DNA of 64,000 nt from Gnetum montanum (GCA_015680685.1 MNCI01001451.1:737228-801227); one strand, 5' to 3'. Numbered from the stretch's first letter, positions 12,701 through 24,017 are shown. Made by a program: numbers and translations. The notes: generated by a model not told the origin, from the sequence alone.

Positions 12701-13045
12701 CATGTCAGTGTAAGACCAATCGAATGCTTTTATCTTGTCTTGAAGCACATGTTCTATGTCTCTAGCCAGTTGAGGTTGCAATAGTGTGCTCAATTTTAAT
12801 ACCTTAACTTCACCATCAGGCATAGTGATGGGGGTTTCAGTTAAAGGGTCTTCAGTGATGCTATCAGCTTCTATGTCGAGGGATTTTGTCATACCTTTGT
12901 AGCTGTCTAATGTTTGTTGTGTTGAGGCTATGACTGTGTCGTCAGTTGATGGACCTAAGTCGATGGAATTTATGTTGATTTCTCTTGTGATCTTTCCGTA
13001 TGGTCCATCGATGGTCAATGGTGTAAATAGATGCTAGTAATCCAT
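9720..13045 (-). pseudogene. pol: RT, RNase H, archaeal-type RNase H, integrase (disrupted)
   Basis: RT 11816-12604 (LCIDFRDLN, MPFGLKNAGATYQRAM, YVDD); RH about 11541-11900; aRH about 11090-11470 (NFDGAS, TNNIANYEGL, GDSQLV, HVSRNDNTVADALA); INT about 9720-10860 (HDGQCGGH, CSIC, WGIDLIGP, ITDN, NWEGPY). Confidence 0.93.
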
Positions 13046-13128
13046 CGAGCTTGCTCCTGCCAATAAACAGAGGGCAGAGTGAGTTAGTAGGGGTTGTTAA
13101 CGTAAATCATGTGTCTATATACGGTGGT

Positions 13129-13328
13129 AGTTTATCGTCGTATCTGGACGCATGGCAGTTTAAGGCCTTACCAGGCCGAATGTGGCAGTTTAAGGCCTTA
13201 CCGGGCCGAATGTGGCACTTTAAGGCCTTACCGGGCCGAATGTGGCAATTTAAGGCCTTACCAGGCCGTATGTGGTAGTTTAAGGCCTTACCGGGCCGTA
13301 TGTGGCAATTTAAGGCCTTACCGGGCCA
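13129..13328. repeat. 30-bp tandem repeat x6 plus one variant (hairpin cluster B)
   Basis: Unit tgtggcagtttaaggccttaccgggccgaa. Confidence 0.95.
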
Positions 13329-13528
13329 TTTAACTGTGTGTTGATGACGTCTAGTTGATGTATGATCTGTACTGAAGAGTTTGCGCCAAAATGTTCAGTG
13401 TGGGCAACCGCAATTGCATTGCCAGGGAATATGGTACATGGTAGTGTTCATTATCTGGTTATTTTGTTTTGCATTTTCTCGTACCTTGTACCTTGAATAA
13501 ATTTGATTAAATTTAATAAAATATTCAA

Positions 13529-13561
<33 letters not shown>

Positions 13562-13592
13562 AGCGGCAGCGGCGGCAGCGGCAGCGGCGGCG
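13529..13592. repeat. (GGC/AGC)n trinucleotide microsatellite
   Basis: ggcggcggc...gcagcggc run just left of a TATATA tract. Confidence 0.95.
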
Positions 13593-13605
13593 GGGTCAAC
13601 ATGGG

Positions 13606-13618
13606 CCTATATATATAC
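13606..13618. promoter_or_regulatory. Candidate internal (possibly bidirectional) TATA element
   Basis: cctatatatatac lies between the head-to-head RT frame (-) and the antisense gene (+). Confidence 0.4.
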
Positions 13619-13830
13619 TGGCAAGCATGAGTGTGAACCTGTCAGTTATTGAGGGCAGCGTAAACCTAAATCAAACCGCAGTGTGAGTGTAAACCTAAGT
13701 CGCAGCATGAGTGTAAACCTAAGTCGCAGCGTGAGCGTAAAGAACCAAACCCCAGCATGCAGGATTCAGCTCGGTGTACAGGATTAAACCCCAGCGTGAA
13801 CCTGTGAGATTTAGCGTACAGGACGTTGGA

Positions 13831-16800
13831 ATGGGCAAGGGCAAGGAGGTAGAAGGCTAGGGGAGGAAGGGGCCCGACTTGACCTTCGCGGAGGAAAGTG
13901 AGGCCATGCTGCAGTGTTTGCCTAGGCCTAGGATTTCATCATGGCCTGGATCAGTGCACAGGTAGGCTCTAATCTCACCTCAGTTAATTGCTTTCTGGGC
14001 GTACGGGATTTGCGCGAGGTCTTTGGTTGTATGTTTCGACGTGCAAGGACGAGGCTGAGCGTAGATAATTTTTGCAGCGTGCAGGGTCTGCATGCTGAGC
14101 GTAGACAATTTTTGCAGCGTGCAAGGTCTGCACGCTGAGCATAGATAATTTTTGCAGCGTGCAGGGTCTGCACGCTGAGCATAGACAATTTTGCAGTGTG
14201 CAGGGTTTGCACGCTAAGCGTAGATAGTTTTTGCAGCGTGCAAGGTCTGCACGCTAAGCGTAGACAATTTTTGCAGCGTGCAGGGTTTGCACGCTGAGCG
14301 TAGACAGTTTTTGCAGCATGCAAGGTCTGCACTCTGAGCGTAGATAATTTTTGCAGTGTGCAGGGTCTGCACGCTGAGCGTAGATAGTTTTTGCAGCATG
14401 CAGGGTCTGCACGCTGAGCGTAAATAGTTTTTGTAGCGTGCAAGGTCTACACGCTAAGCGTAAACAATCTTTGCAGCGTACAGGGGATGCACGCTGAGCG
14501 TAAACAGTTTTTCCAGCGTGCAGAGTCTATACGCTGAGTGTAAATAGTTTTTGCAGCGTGCAGAGTCTACACGCTGAGCGTAAACAATCTTCGCAGCGTA
14601 CAGGGGCTGCACACTAAGCGTAAACAGTTTTTGCAACATGCAGAGTCTGTACGCTGAGTGTAAACAGTTTTTGCAGTGTGTAGAGTCTGTACGCTGAGCA
14701 TAAACAGTTTTTGTAGCGTGCAAAGTCTGCACGCTGAGCGTAAATAGTTTTTGCAGCGTGTAGAGTCTGCACTCTGAGCGTAGACAGTTTTTGCAGCGTA
14801 CAAGGTCTGCACGCTGAACATAAATAGTTTGCAACTTTTCGAAGTATTGGCCCTCAATGTGGAACTTCGTTTCTTTATTTCATTTCCGTGTATAACTGAT
14901 TTACCATGGCATTTTGGTTATTTACAGGGATCCTGAGCCTTTCCTCTTAGTGGTTGAGTTGGTTAGGGTACTGGCCTGGTTCGGGCCCCTTGATACCAAC
15001 GAACCTACCCCTGATATGACTATTGATAACAATGGGGTATGGTTCAGGGAAGGAGCCTGTGAGTTCCTTGCCTTCATTTTAGATGGATTCAGGATAGTGA
15101 TATGGTCCCATCTAAGCGAACAAGTAGCGCGGAGCGTGCTTGAGGTAATGTTGCCAGGATCTTCAAACGGCGTCATGGCTTTCATGGTGGACATTGACGA
15201 GGGACTGCTTGCGATTGAGGACGGTCCCCCTGGAGGGCCCAGATCTACCCATCCGTTACTGTGCATATGGGACTTATTGCCACATGTCCCTCACTATCTC
15301 AATAGCACCTTATTTTTGGCTGCGCGTGCGCATACATTATTTCAGAATCCTCCGAGCACGGTGTACAGGGTGGAGAGGTAAGGTTGTTTAATTTGTCGTT
15401 TCTATTCTGTTGTTTAGTGTTTGCTCCCGTTCTGACAACCATTCTTTTGTAGGCCCCAAGTTGACAAAGATGGAATATGCATAAGTGATGACGGACTTGC
15501 ACTGGCTCACACCGCTTTAGAGACCTTCATGGCAGGTCCCACCCTCCGTGGAGCTGTATTAGCTAAGACTAAGGGTGACATCGTTCATTTTCATAAGCGA
15601 TTTTCCAAGGCGTTTGCGCAATGCGTGGCTCGAGGGTGGTTGCATGGAGATTGGTCACGCAATGGACCGATTTTCCCCTATGATACTGACTTGGGTCCTA
15701 GCAACGTGAATCCCACAACTGAAGGTAAGTGATGATATTTCTTTGACGCCTTAGTTTGTTTGTTCGGTTGCAACATTGGTCATACCGGTGCTATGGTTTT
15801 ACATTGTTTTTACAGTTAACATCCCCCTCGGCGGAGATCCTATTACGACAGGGCGGACTGAGAGCACCCTGTCGATGAAATTTGGGGAGGTCAGCAAGGT
15901 GCAGCGATGGTTGCGTACTAGTGCCCCACCATCTATTGTCCGTTGTTTGAATGATGCCAGCCTCATGGAGCTATTTACAACCCCAAGCTCTGATGTCTCT
16001 GTAGCTGAAATGATTGGAATTGTTGATTCGTTCGACAACTCTGTGACTTACTACAGCACCCGTATCAAGGGTGTCAAAATAGTTTTTCATCTGTCAGCCA
16101 ATTTCTTTTCAGACCTCTTCAATGTCCCAGCAGATGGTGTGAACGTGGTTTTGGACAGGGTGCAGAAAGAGCTCCATGTGGTACGTGAGCTAGAAGATTG
16201 GTTGGGCATTCTCAAGGGCTCTAAGGGGTTCCCTATGTAGGGAACATCAAAGGTGGTGGAAGTCAATGAACTATATCCCTTGTTTAGGGCACGGGTGTTT
16301 CCTAAATCCCTGTCTCAAGTGAAGAGTCTTGGGGTGGAAGCCGTGCGCATCATGCGGACCATTTTAGAGGCCGGGATGCGTTATAATTGGGCCTAATTTT
16401 TATTGTCGGGTTTCCATAGGGAGATAGTGCGGTTGCGTTCAAATGTTGAGGCACAGTCCCATTTTACTTTCACATTCTTTGCCGGTTATCTATGTCGCCT
16501 AGCCGAGTTTTTGGTGGTTCGTGCAGATAGCAAATATGTTTTTCGGGATCGTACTCAATTATCTCGCCCATGGATTAACCATTTGTTCAAGGTAGCTGAG
16601 TCTCAAGATGCACCCAAGGGGATCGATGAATCAATTTCCATCACAACAAAGGGGTCATCTAGTGCTTCAATCCATATACGTGATAGTGTGGGGTTGGAAC
16701 CAGACAATGTGCCCTACACTGTTAGGAGGGCTGATCGGGTGATCAAGGAGACCATCGAGAAAGCCAAATCGAAGATTTAGAAGCGCGAACGCCCTAAAGA

Positions 16801-18572
16801 GGTGGCCTCAACTGTGGAAGAGCCAAGGGTGAAGCGTATACGATTCAAAATGCCTACTTGAGGTAAGTCAACTTGATGCACTTGTTGTATTGCCATTATC
16901 GTCATTTTTGTCTTACTCATTTTTTTTTCCTTTTGACCATTTACATGAAACTAATGTCTTCAGACCTGACTCGGGAAGTGAGAAGATAGGAGCTAGAAAC
17001 GATTATCGATGAGGAGGAAGTCCCAACGGATTTAATTGAGGAGGAAGAGGTCGACAAAGATCAGGTGGAAGTGACCGAAGAGCTGGCAGAAGACACCATG
17101 GAGACAAAACTGGTCGATGACTGAGATGGTGTTGATGAAGTATTTAATAGCTTCCTTAAGGGAAGATTGGACCTTGGTGACCCTCCGAACCGGGAAGGGA
17201 ACAGAGAATCTGGTATATTTTCTTTTGTTTTATTGTGTTGCCTTGTGAATCATTTTTTCCATTATGTGGTGTTTTAATTTTATGTTTTTTTATCACTTCC
17301 AGATGAAGATATTAAAACTAGGACAATTCCTACCATGCGATTAGAAGTGCCTATGATAGTGGTTCCCCCTGAAACGACCACTAAGGCTAATCCATCTCGT
17401 ACTCATGAACCATTTACTTGGACCAAGATGCCAAGCAAAATGGATTTCGTCACCAGTATCGTCGACGAGGTGGTCGAACGCATTCAGCAAGCTCACCCTG
17501 AAATAGGTACAGACGTCTCAAGCATTTTGCTGCTTTCGAGTTTCACATTTTTTTTTGCCATCTAAGATCTAATGCCTGTTTTTTTCGTGTCGGTAGGGGC
17601 TAAACTGAACTGGGATCCGTTTGAGGCTGTTTGTATTGACAGCTTGCCTACACTACCGCCAGAAGTTAAACAGGTACCGAGACAAGTCTATGATGAGGTG
17701 GCGGAATCTCTTGTGCACAATGCCAAATCGCTTTGGACCTGTAGGTGCTCCATTGAACAGCTATGGTTGCAGATCCAGGCAAGGGAAAGAGAGGTTTTCA
17801 AGTTATTGGCTGAACGTGATGATCTCAAAGCTCGTTATGAGTTTGCCTCGGCCAGATTAACAGGTGATCGTTCTTGGCGAACTTCCGAGATCACTTATAC
17901 CAGGTATCAGAACTTGCTGAATCGCCATGCATCACTAACTCGAAAACTAGCAGAGCATAAGGCCTAGATAGATTTACTGAACCTCAAGTATCAGGATTGG
18001 AAGGCTTTTGCTTCCAAGGTGCGGAAGTGGGGTCAAGATGAGAAGAACCATAAGCATCATTACAAGAAGTCATTACAGGAAGTATCTATAGAGAAGCGTC
18101 AGCTTGAAATGTTCGTAGAGGGTCTAGGTCTACATTTTGCATTTGATACCTTTGCTAAAAATACCATTGTTGAGATGGAATCGCCCAAGAGGGTAATTAC
18201 AACTACTTCTGGGGAGGTCTCTGTGGGTGAATTTCTCTTGAAATGTCCCACATGGTCGGTGCTTGACAAAGGGAAGGCCTTAGCAAACGTCAATCTGGGC
18301 CTCGATGGGACTGACTGGGCTAGCGTCTCCGAGGAGGAAATTCTCCGTCAGTTGGAATTTGGTTTAGGGGGGTCTCCTATGGTAAGCAGTTTATGACTTT
18401 TTTTCGTTGAATAACTTTTGGGATTTTTCTCTTTTCTTCTTGTGTTGATTGTTTCTTTTGCTTTTTATAGGGTCGAGGCGACGACAATGTTCAAGAAGGT
18501 GGCCCCAGCGGAGCGGGGACCCTTGGTGTCGGAGAGTCTGAAGGGGACAGCCCTCCCGTCCCTGATGTTTAG
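13831..18572 (+). pseudogene. Retrotransposon-borne antisense 8-exon gene (FCP1/NIF-like + Transposase_32/PMD-like + acidic/NLS + coiled coil), about 1080 codons, with premature stops
   Basis: Exons 13831-13961, 14928-15377, 15453-15724, 15816-16862, 16964-17212, 17303-17506, 17597-18381, 18471-18572. All 7 introns are GT-AG and phase-compatible; total 3240 nt, no frameshift, about 8 in-frame stops. Confidence 0.8.
14053..14832. repeat. About 40-bp minisatellite, about 19 copies, inside intron 1 of the antisense gene
   Basis: Unit close to gctgagcgtagacagtttttgcagcgtgcagggtctgcac. Confidence 0.95.
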
Positions 18573-18987
18573 TTTTGATTTTGAAACTATCTTGGCTCAT
18601 AATTTTACATGAATCGTAAACTGAATGTTTTGCCCTGGGTTGTATTGAACTAGTGAATGGAATCAGTTAACTGTTGTACTTGTCTAACTGTATATGACTA
18701 CATATATATATATATATATATTTGTATTTATTTTTTTTATATTTTTTTTTGGCTCTTGTTATTTAAACATAAACACGATGTGGCAATGTAAAATGTTTTG
18801 GTTTGTTTTGTTGTTTAAGTATAATGCACGGAGTGGGAATGCAAGTAGAAATGTAATTATAATCAAAGGATAATTGTGAAAAGGAAAATGTGAAAAAAAA
18901 GCTATTATTGATAACATGAGAATATAAGCATAAATTCGAACAATGAACTTGAATTTGTGAGAAAAAAAAAGTGTAAGCAAATGGTTT

Positions 18988-19188
18988 AGTTTAAGGCCAT
19001 TTCAGGCCCCATGCACTAGTTTAAGGCCATTTCAGGCCATGTGTAAACAAGGGAAGTTTCAAGTGACGCTGGTGGATTTCTTGATAGACCGACCATTTCT
19101 GATCGTGGCTAGTTTTATGTCGTTGCGAATATATGATAGTTTAATGTTGTTTCGGACTGTGAATATAGTTTAACGTCGTTTCGGACTT
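18988..19188. repeat. AGTTTA+hairpin motif cluster C, just downstream of the gag-PR stop
   Basis: agtttaaggccatttcaggcc x2, agtttaatgttgtttcggact, agtttaacgtcgtttcggact. Confidence 0.75.
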
Positions 19189-19197
19189 TAATGTCAT

Positions 19198-22100
19198 TTA
19201 TTGGCTTAGTAATTTTTTAATTTTCCTCATTTTAACATTAGGAGTAGCGTTAACGGGTATGATTCTATATTCAGCGTCTTCTTCACTTATCACGTTGAAC
19301 GGTAATTTGGCCCAAGGGATGTCTGACGGAACAATTCCCGCGTTAGTGCTTTCTGGTGTTTCTGCATGTACTGTAGTTTCTACGTTTGTTGTAGTTTCTA
19401 GGTGAGGCTGTATATGTACAATTTCAGGCTCGAGTATTTCTGTGTTGGGTAAATTTTTCTTTGCGTTTAATAGATTATTGCTTATTGGTTGCGTGTATCT
19501 TTGTTGTTCATTTGTATCATCTTGTTTAGGCTCTTCGAACTTAACCTCTAACCCTTGGTCTGTATCTGTATGTGATGAGATGGTAGGTGTAGCAGCCTCC
19601 CCGTGTATAATGATTTCGCCACCTTCGTAAGGTAGGTGAATCTCTTGGTGTATGGGGGAAGAGACTGCTTTTAGTTGGGCTAACCAGGGCCTTCCCAATA
19701 TTAAATTGAACCCTGGCATTTCATCAATGACCACAAAGTCGGCAAATGTGGGGAATTGGCCTCCTGCTATAAAGTCCAAAGTCACAGTGCCTTTTACTAC
19801 TATGTGTGATCCATTGAACGATTTCAAACATGTGGTGGCGGTTGGTCTAATTAGTTCCGTAAGCCCTAATTGTTCGACGATGGGATAGGGTATTACGTTT
19901 GTAGCGGCTCTGTCATCTACATGCACTCTATGTATTTTGAATTGATTTACCCGTATTGTTATGAACATAGGTGCAGTTGTCACTTTTCCTGTTTTCTCAT
20001 CCATTTTGATGTTGTCATTGTGGAAACCTAGTGACTTAGGAGTCAATCCTTGAGGCGAATACATTACCGCATGAATTGAAGGTTCATTTGGAGGTAAGTC
20101 CTCGCTTACTAGGATGGATGTCAACATGCGTACTAGGGCTTTACGGTGGGTTTGAGAAGTTAACACCAGGTCGTATAAGCTTAATGAAGTGTTTTTCTGT
20201 TTAAGCGCATGCGTGACCTGTGTTAGAGCTGTCGCTAGATCTTTACTATTGGGGGTATGTTTGTCGATAGTCATTTGGTCCATCGGGCCCAACAGTTTTA
20301 TCTCATGCGTAGTTGGTTTATCATTTTTATCCGTAGTCGCTGATCTAGACGTATCGTGCTTTCCAGATGATTCACCCTCATAGCCTGTGTTTGATTTATT
20401 GTTAGGTGATGTCATGGGTATTGCACTTAACTGGGTGGGCTTGGGAGGCCTAAGGCTAGTCGTTGACGTTCCTTCTCCAAGCGTTCCCATGTAAGCTTGT
20501 CTGCTAGGCGTTCTCGTGTGTGGTGTGGGGGAACAGTCGGTTTCGAAATCTCAAGTTGCTTTGGAATCTATACAACGTATGGAGTAGGGCGGGGTTGCGG
20601 TTGGACGGTTGAATGCGGTTGAGTGTCAGGCTGCCTAGGCACCTTAACAACATAGGGGGTCGGTCTATTTTGTGTTTGCGGAGTGGAGGATTGGTGGTCA
20701 TCAGAGCGTTCGGGTATCCTAACAACATACGGAGTTGGTCTAGCTGGGGGTTGTACCTCCATAGTTGCGACCGCAGGTGGCACTCGGACTACGTAGGGAG
20801 CAGGCAAGGTAAGAGGTGATTGTGTGTTTGCGGTAGTAGTGGCGGGAGGTACATGCACCACGTATGGTTTTTCATGTGGTGGTATGATAGAAGTTGCTAC
20901 TGCCGGGGGTATTCGGATGACATAAGGCTTTTGCGGGGAGTATGATGGTTGAGGCACAGGTGTTTGTACAGTGGGAGGAATCTGCACTACAAATGGTCTC
21001 TTAGGCATTTGCTGGTCATGATCGGAATGGATGGTGTTAATCCTAGGTGTTACCGATTCATTATCGAAGTAGATGGTGTTAATTACATATGGTGCTTCTT
21101 TAGTATTTAGAGGATCTTTATATACGTCCATGGCCTGGTTTTGCGATTGGACCGGGTTGGCTTCATCAAAAGTGATTTGACCTCTGTCGATCATCTGTTG
21201 GATATCTTGTTTTAGGGTGAAACAATAATCAGTGCCATGCCCATTACGTTGATGATAATCACAAAAACGGTCCATTCTAAAGCCCTTTGAAACCAGGGGT
21301 TCATCTAGTGTTGCCAGGCTTGGGTTCTGAACCAATTGATAAAACCGATCATGTCTTTGGATTGTTGTGGGGGACAATTATTTATGTTTCATCAGTCCAG
21401 CCTTCAAGAGTTGGTCGAATAATTGCGAGGGTTTCATGGGCAATGGCATATATTGAGAGGGGTCCTTCCTCTCAAAGTTTCTCACGCGACCCGGTGTAGG
21501 ATTTTGTGATGTGGATGATTCGGGCGCAGACGCAAGAGCTGGTCTAGCATAATTAGTAGGGGCAGCAGGCGGTTTACCTTGTTGTCCCGCATTCGCTTGT
21601 TGTGTTTCCGCTACTGCTGCTATAGTTGTTTTAGCCTTTTCTTTGTCTTTCTTATTGTGTTGGTTTTTAAAGGCTGAATAGGCAGGGTCGTGGCTGTTTT
21701 GGGCTACCTCCTCTATGTTCTTGATTTGTACAAATGCCTGACTAAGAGTGCGTGCATTGAGATAATATAATTTGGACTTAACAAAATGATTAATAGCCCC
21801 TTTTAGGATGGTGAGGAGATACTTCTCCAGGATTGGCTCTTGGAGCTTATTGAGGGCAGCACTCCACCATTGAATAAATTTTTGGACAGGTTCAAGCAGT
21901 GCTTGCTTGACCTGTATGAGGTTGTCAAGTGTTGCTTCAGGCTTCAAGTTATACTTGAACCTGGTAACGAATTGGTGTAACAAATCTTCTAGAGAAGATA
22001 TTGAGTTTCGTGGCAAGGCCAGATACCAATCAAGTGCTCTCCCTGTGAGGGACATGGGGAACACTCACAGAATGGCATGTGGCCATGCTTGAAGTAGCAC

Positions 22101-23372
22101 GCATTCTAATCTAAACGTTATAAGGTGAGCATTGGGGTCTGTCTCCCCATTGTATTTAGTCAGCGTGGGTAAGGAAACACCCTTAGGTAGTGTTAGAGGC
22201 AGAACCGAAGAGCTGATAGGGTCATCGTGATAGAAGTCCACTACCTTAAGCTCTCCGTCTATGGCTGTTTTGAGGCATTTGACCTCGTCAGTTAGCTCCT
22301 GCATTAGCTTTTTGGCATCAGCCTAGTCTTGGGCACTAGGTGAGATAGTAGGTTGATGATGTTGTACAGTATACAAATTAGACTATTGGACAGTGGGCTG
22401 GAAGGAAGAAAGTTGTGTGGTTGGAGGTTGCGCTTGTGGAATATTTGTGGCAGGTGGCACTAGGGGTGGCACATTGTAGGTAAGGAATTGCTGCTATTGT
22501 TGTGGTTGTACTTGAGGGATGTTAGCAGGTAAAATTGTATGAGGCGGTATGTTATAGTGAGGGGGTTGATACGATTGAGCACCAATCGCAGCCCATTGCC
22601 CGGTCGTGCTTTGTGTTGGGACACTATGAACTTGTTGAGTTACAGTGGTGAAAGGGGCTTCTTGGGTTTGGATCCGTGGTATATAATGAGCAGATGTAGA
22701 AGCTGATATCACATGCGGCATCCCGATCACTCTGGGTGGGAAGGTTACTCCTACATTATTTTGAGGAGGTTGTATTTGCGAGAATGGGGATACTGTTGCA
22801 ACGGGGGGAATAGTAAGGGGAAGTGTGTTGAGTTGCGTATCGGTTACAGGAGGAATAGGGATAAGCGTGGATGGTTCCTATTGAGGTGTCTGTGCTTGGG
22901 TGATTTGAAATAACAGGTTTACATAGGTTTGTGGGCTGAGGGTATGATACGAATCTTCGTGCTCGGACTGAGCTGCAAAGTCATCCTCCTCTTCCAATTG
23001 AGGATTTGCCACAGACTGGTCCAGAAACTGATTCCTTAGTAGGAGGAGCTGTGAGATGAGCTCAAAGTAGTGCTCTGGGAGAGGGATGATATCATAAGGA
23101 GAAGGAATGAACTCATGTCCTCCCCTATGAAAGAGTTCGTATTGTCTCTTAACCTCCATTTCGATTTGATCTACAGCTAGGCCGGCTTGTATTTTTACGC
23201 ATATGAAATTGTATTGCTCCTGGGTTATTATGTTAAATGATGGGTTCCTCCCTTGTAATCTGAGAGACCGGTGAGGCCCTGCCGTGGGTTGTACTACGGG
23301 TTGTTGAACGGCCATGGGGCCTACGATATCTATGATGGGCTTGGTTGAAGTGTTGGGGTTCGCAGTGTTCAT
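19198..23372 (-). pseudogene. gag-protease of the Tat element (disrupted)
   Basis: Retrotrans_gag-like (KYNGETDPNAHL, FPMSLTGRALDWY), Cys/His box FCDYHQRNGHGTDYC, protease region (RVHVDDRAATNVI...LILGRPWL). In-frame stops separate the ORF-track pieces. Confidence 0.88.
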
Positions 23373-23446
23373 GATGAATGGTTGTGAATATAACACAGTG
23401 GAAGGGATATGAAACTGGTATACTTATCAGAGCATACACCTAAGTT

Positions 23447-23855
23447 CGCAGCGTACAGCGTATAGACTGGATCTCAGCGTATAGGCTTCAACGACCAGTG
23501 TACAGAGACAACATACAGCGTACAGGTAGGCTGAGCAGCATGTAGACAGAGTCTACAATGTACAACGTAGACTGAGCAGCGTGTAGACAGGGTCTACAGC
23601 GTATAGCATACAGGTAGGCTGAGCAGCGTGTAGACAAGGTCTACAACGTACAGCGTAGACTGATCAGCATGTAGACAGGGTCTACAGTGTACAGCATACA
23701 GGTAGGCTAAGCAACGTGTAGACAGGGACTACAGCGTACAACGTAGATTGAGCAGCGTGTAGACAAGGTCTACAACGTACAGTGTACAAGTAGGCTGAGC
23801 AGCGTGTAGACAGGGTCTGCAGTGTATAGCGTAGACTGAGCAGCTTGTAGACGCT
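23447..23855. repeat. Degenerate tandem repeat (about 40-48-bp units) in the element's 5' UTR
   Basis: Recurrent gctgagcagcgtgtagacagggtctacagcgtaca. Confidence 0.9.
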
Positions 23856-24000
23856 GGGAATTCTATAGAATAGGGTGCAAATCCGAGGAGTTCAGAAACC
23901 AGTTTAATGTTGGGGCAATGTGAATCTGGGAGAAACAGAGTACCAATCTGAAGTGCGAAGGTGCATGTATGAGATCAGAGTAGGTTTAAACAATTTTAGG

Positions 24001-24017
24001 CCCTCCTTCTAGCACCA
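24001..24017 (-). promoter_or_regulatory. Primer-binding site, tRNA-Asn(GUU)
   Basis: Minus strand TGGTGCTAGAAGGAGGG, 5 nt after the LTR end. Complementary (1 mismatch) to the plant tRNA-Asn 3' end ...CCCUCCUUCUAGCGCCA, recalled from memory. Confidence 0.85.

Noticed and set aside
13129-13328. 30-bp repeats as a CRISPR array or hammerhead ribozymes
   Set aside because: No unique spacers, eukaryotic TE context, no cas genes, and no CUGANGA/GAAA core.
13928-14857. Repetitive minus-strand ORFs (CKNCLRSAC..., TLHAAK...)
   Set aside because: Translations of the 40-bp minisatellite, open in several frames.
13330-18990. Antisense gene as a separately nested transposon or host gene
   Set aside because: No own LTR, TIR, TSD or poly-A, and it shares repeat motifs with the Tat element's UTRs and LTRs; treated as intrinsic pending comparison with other copies.
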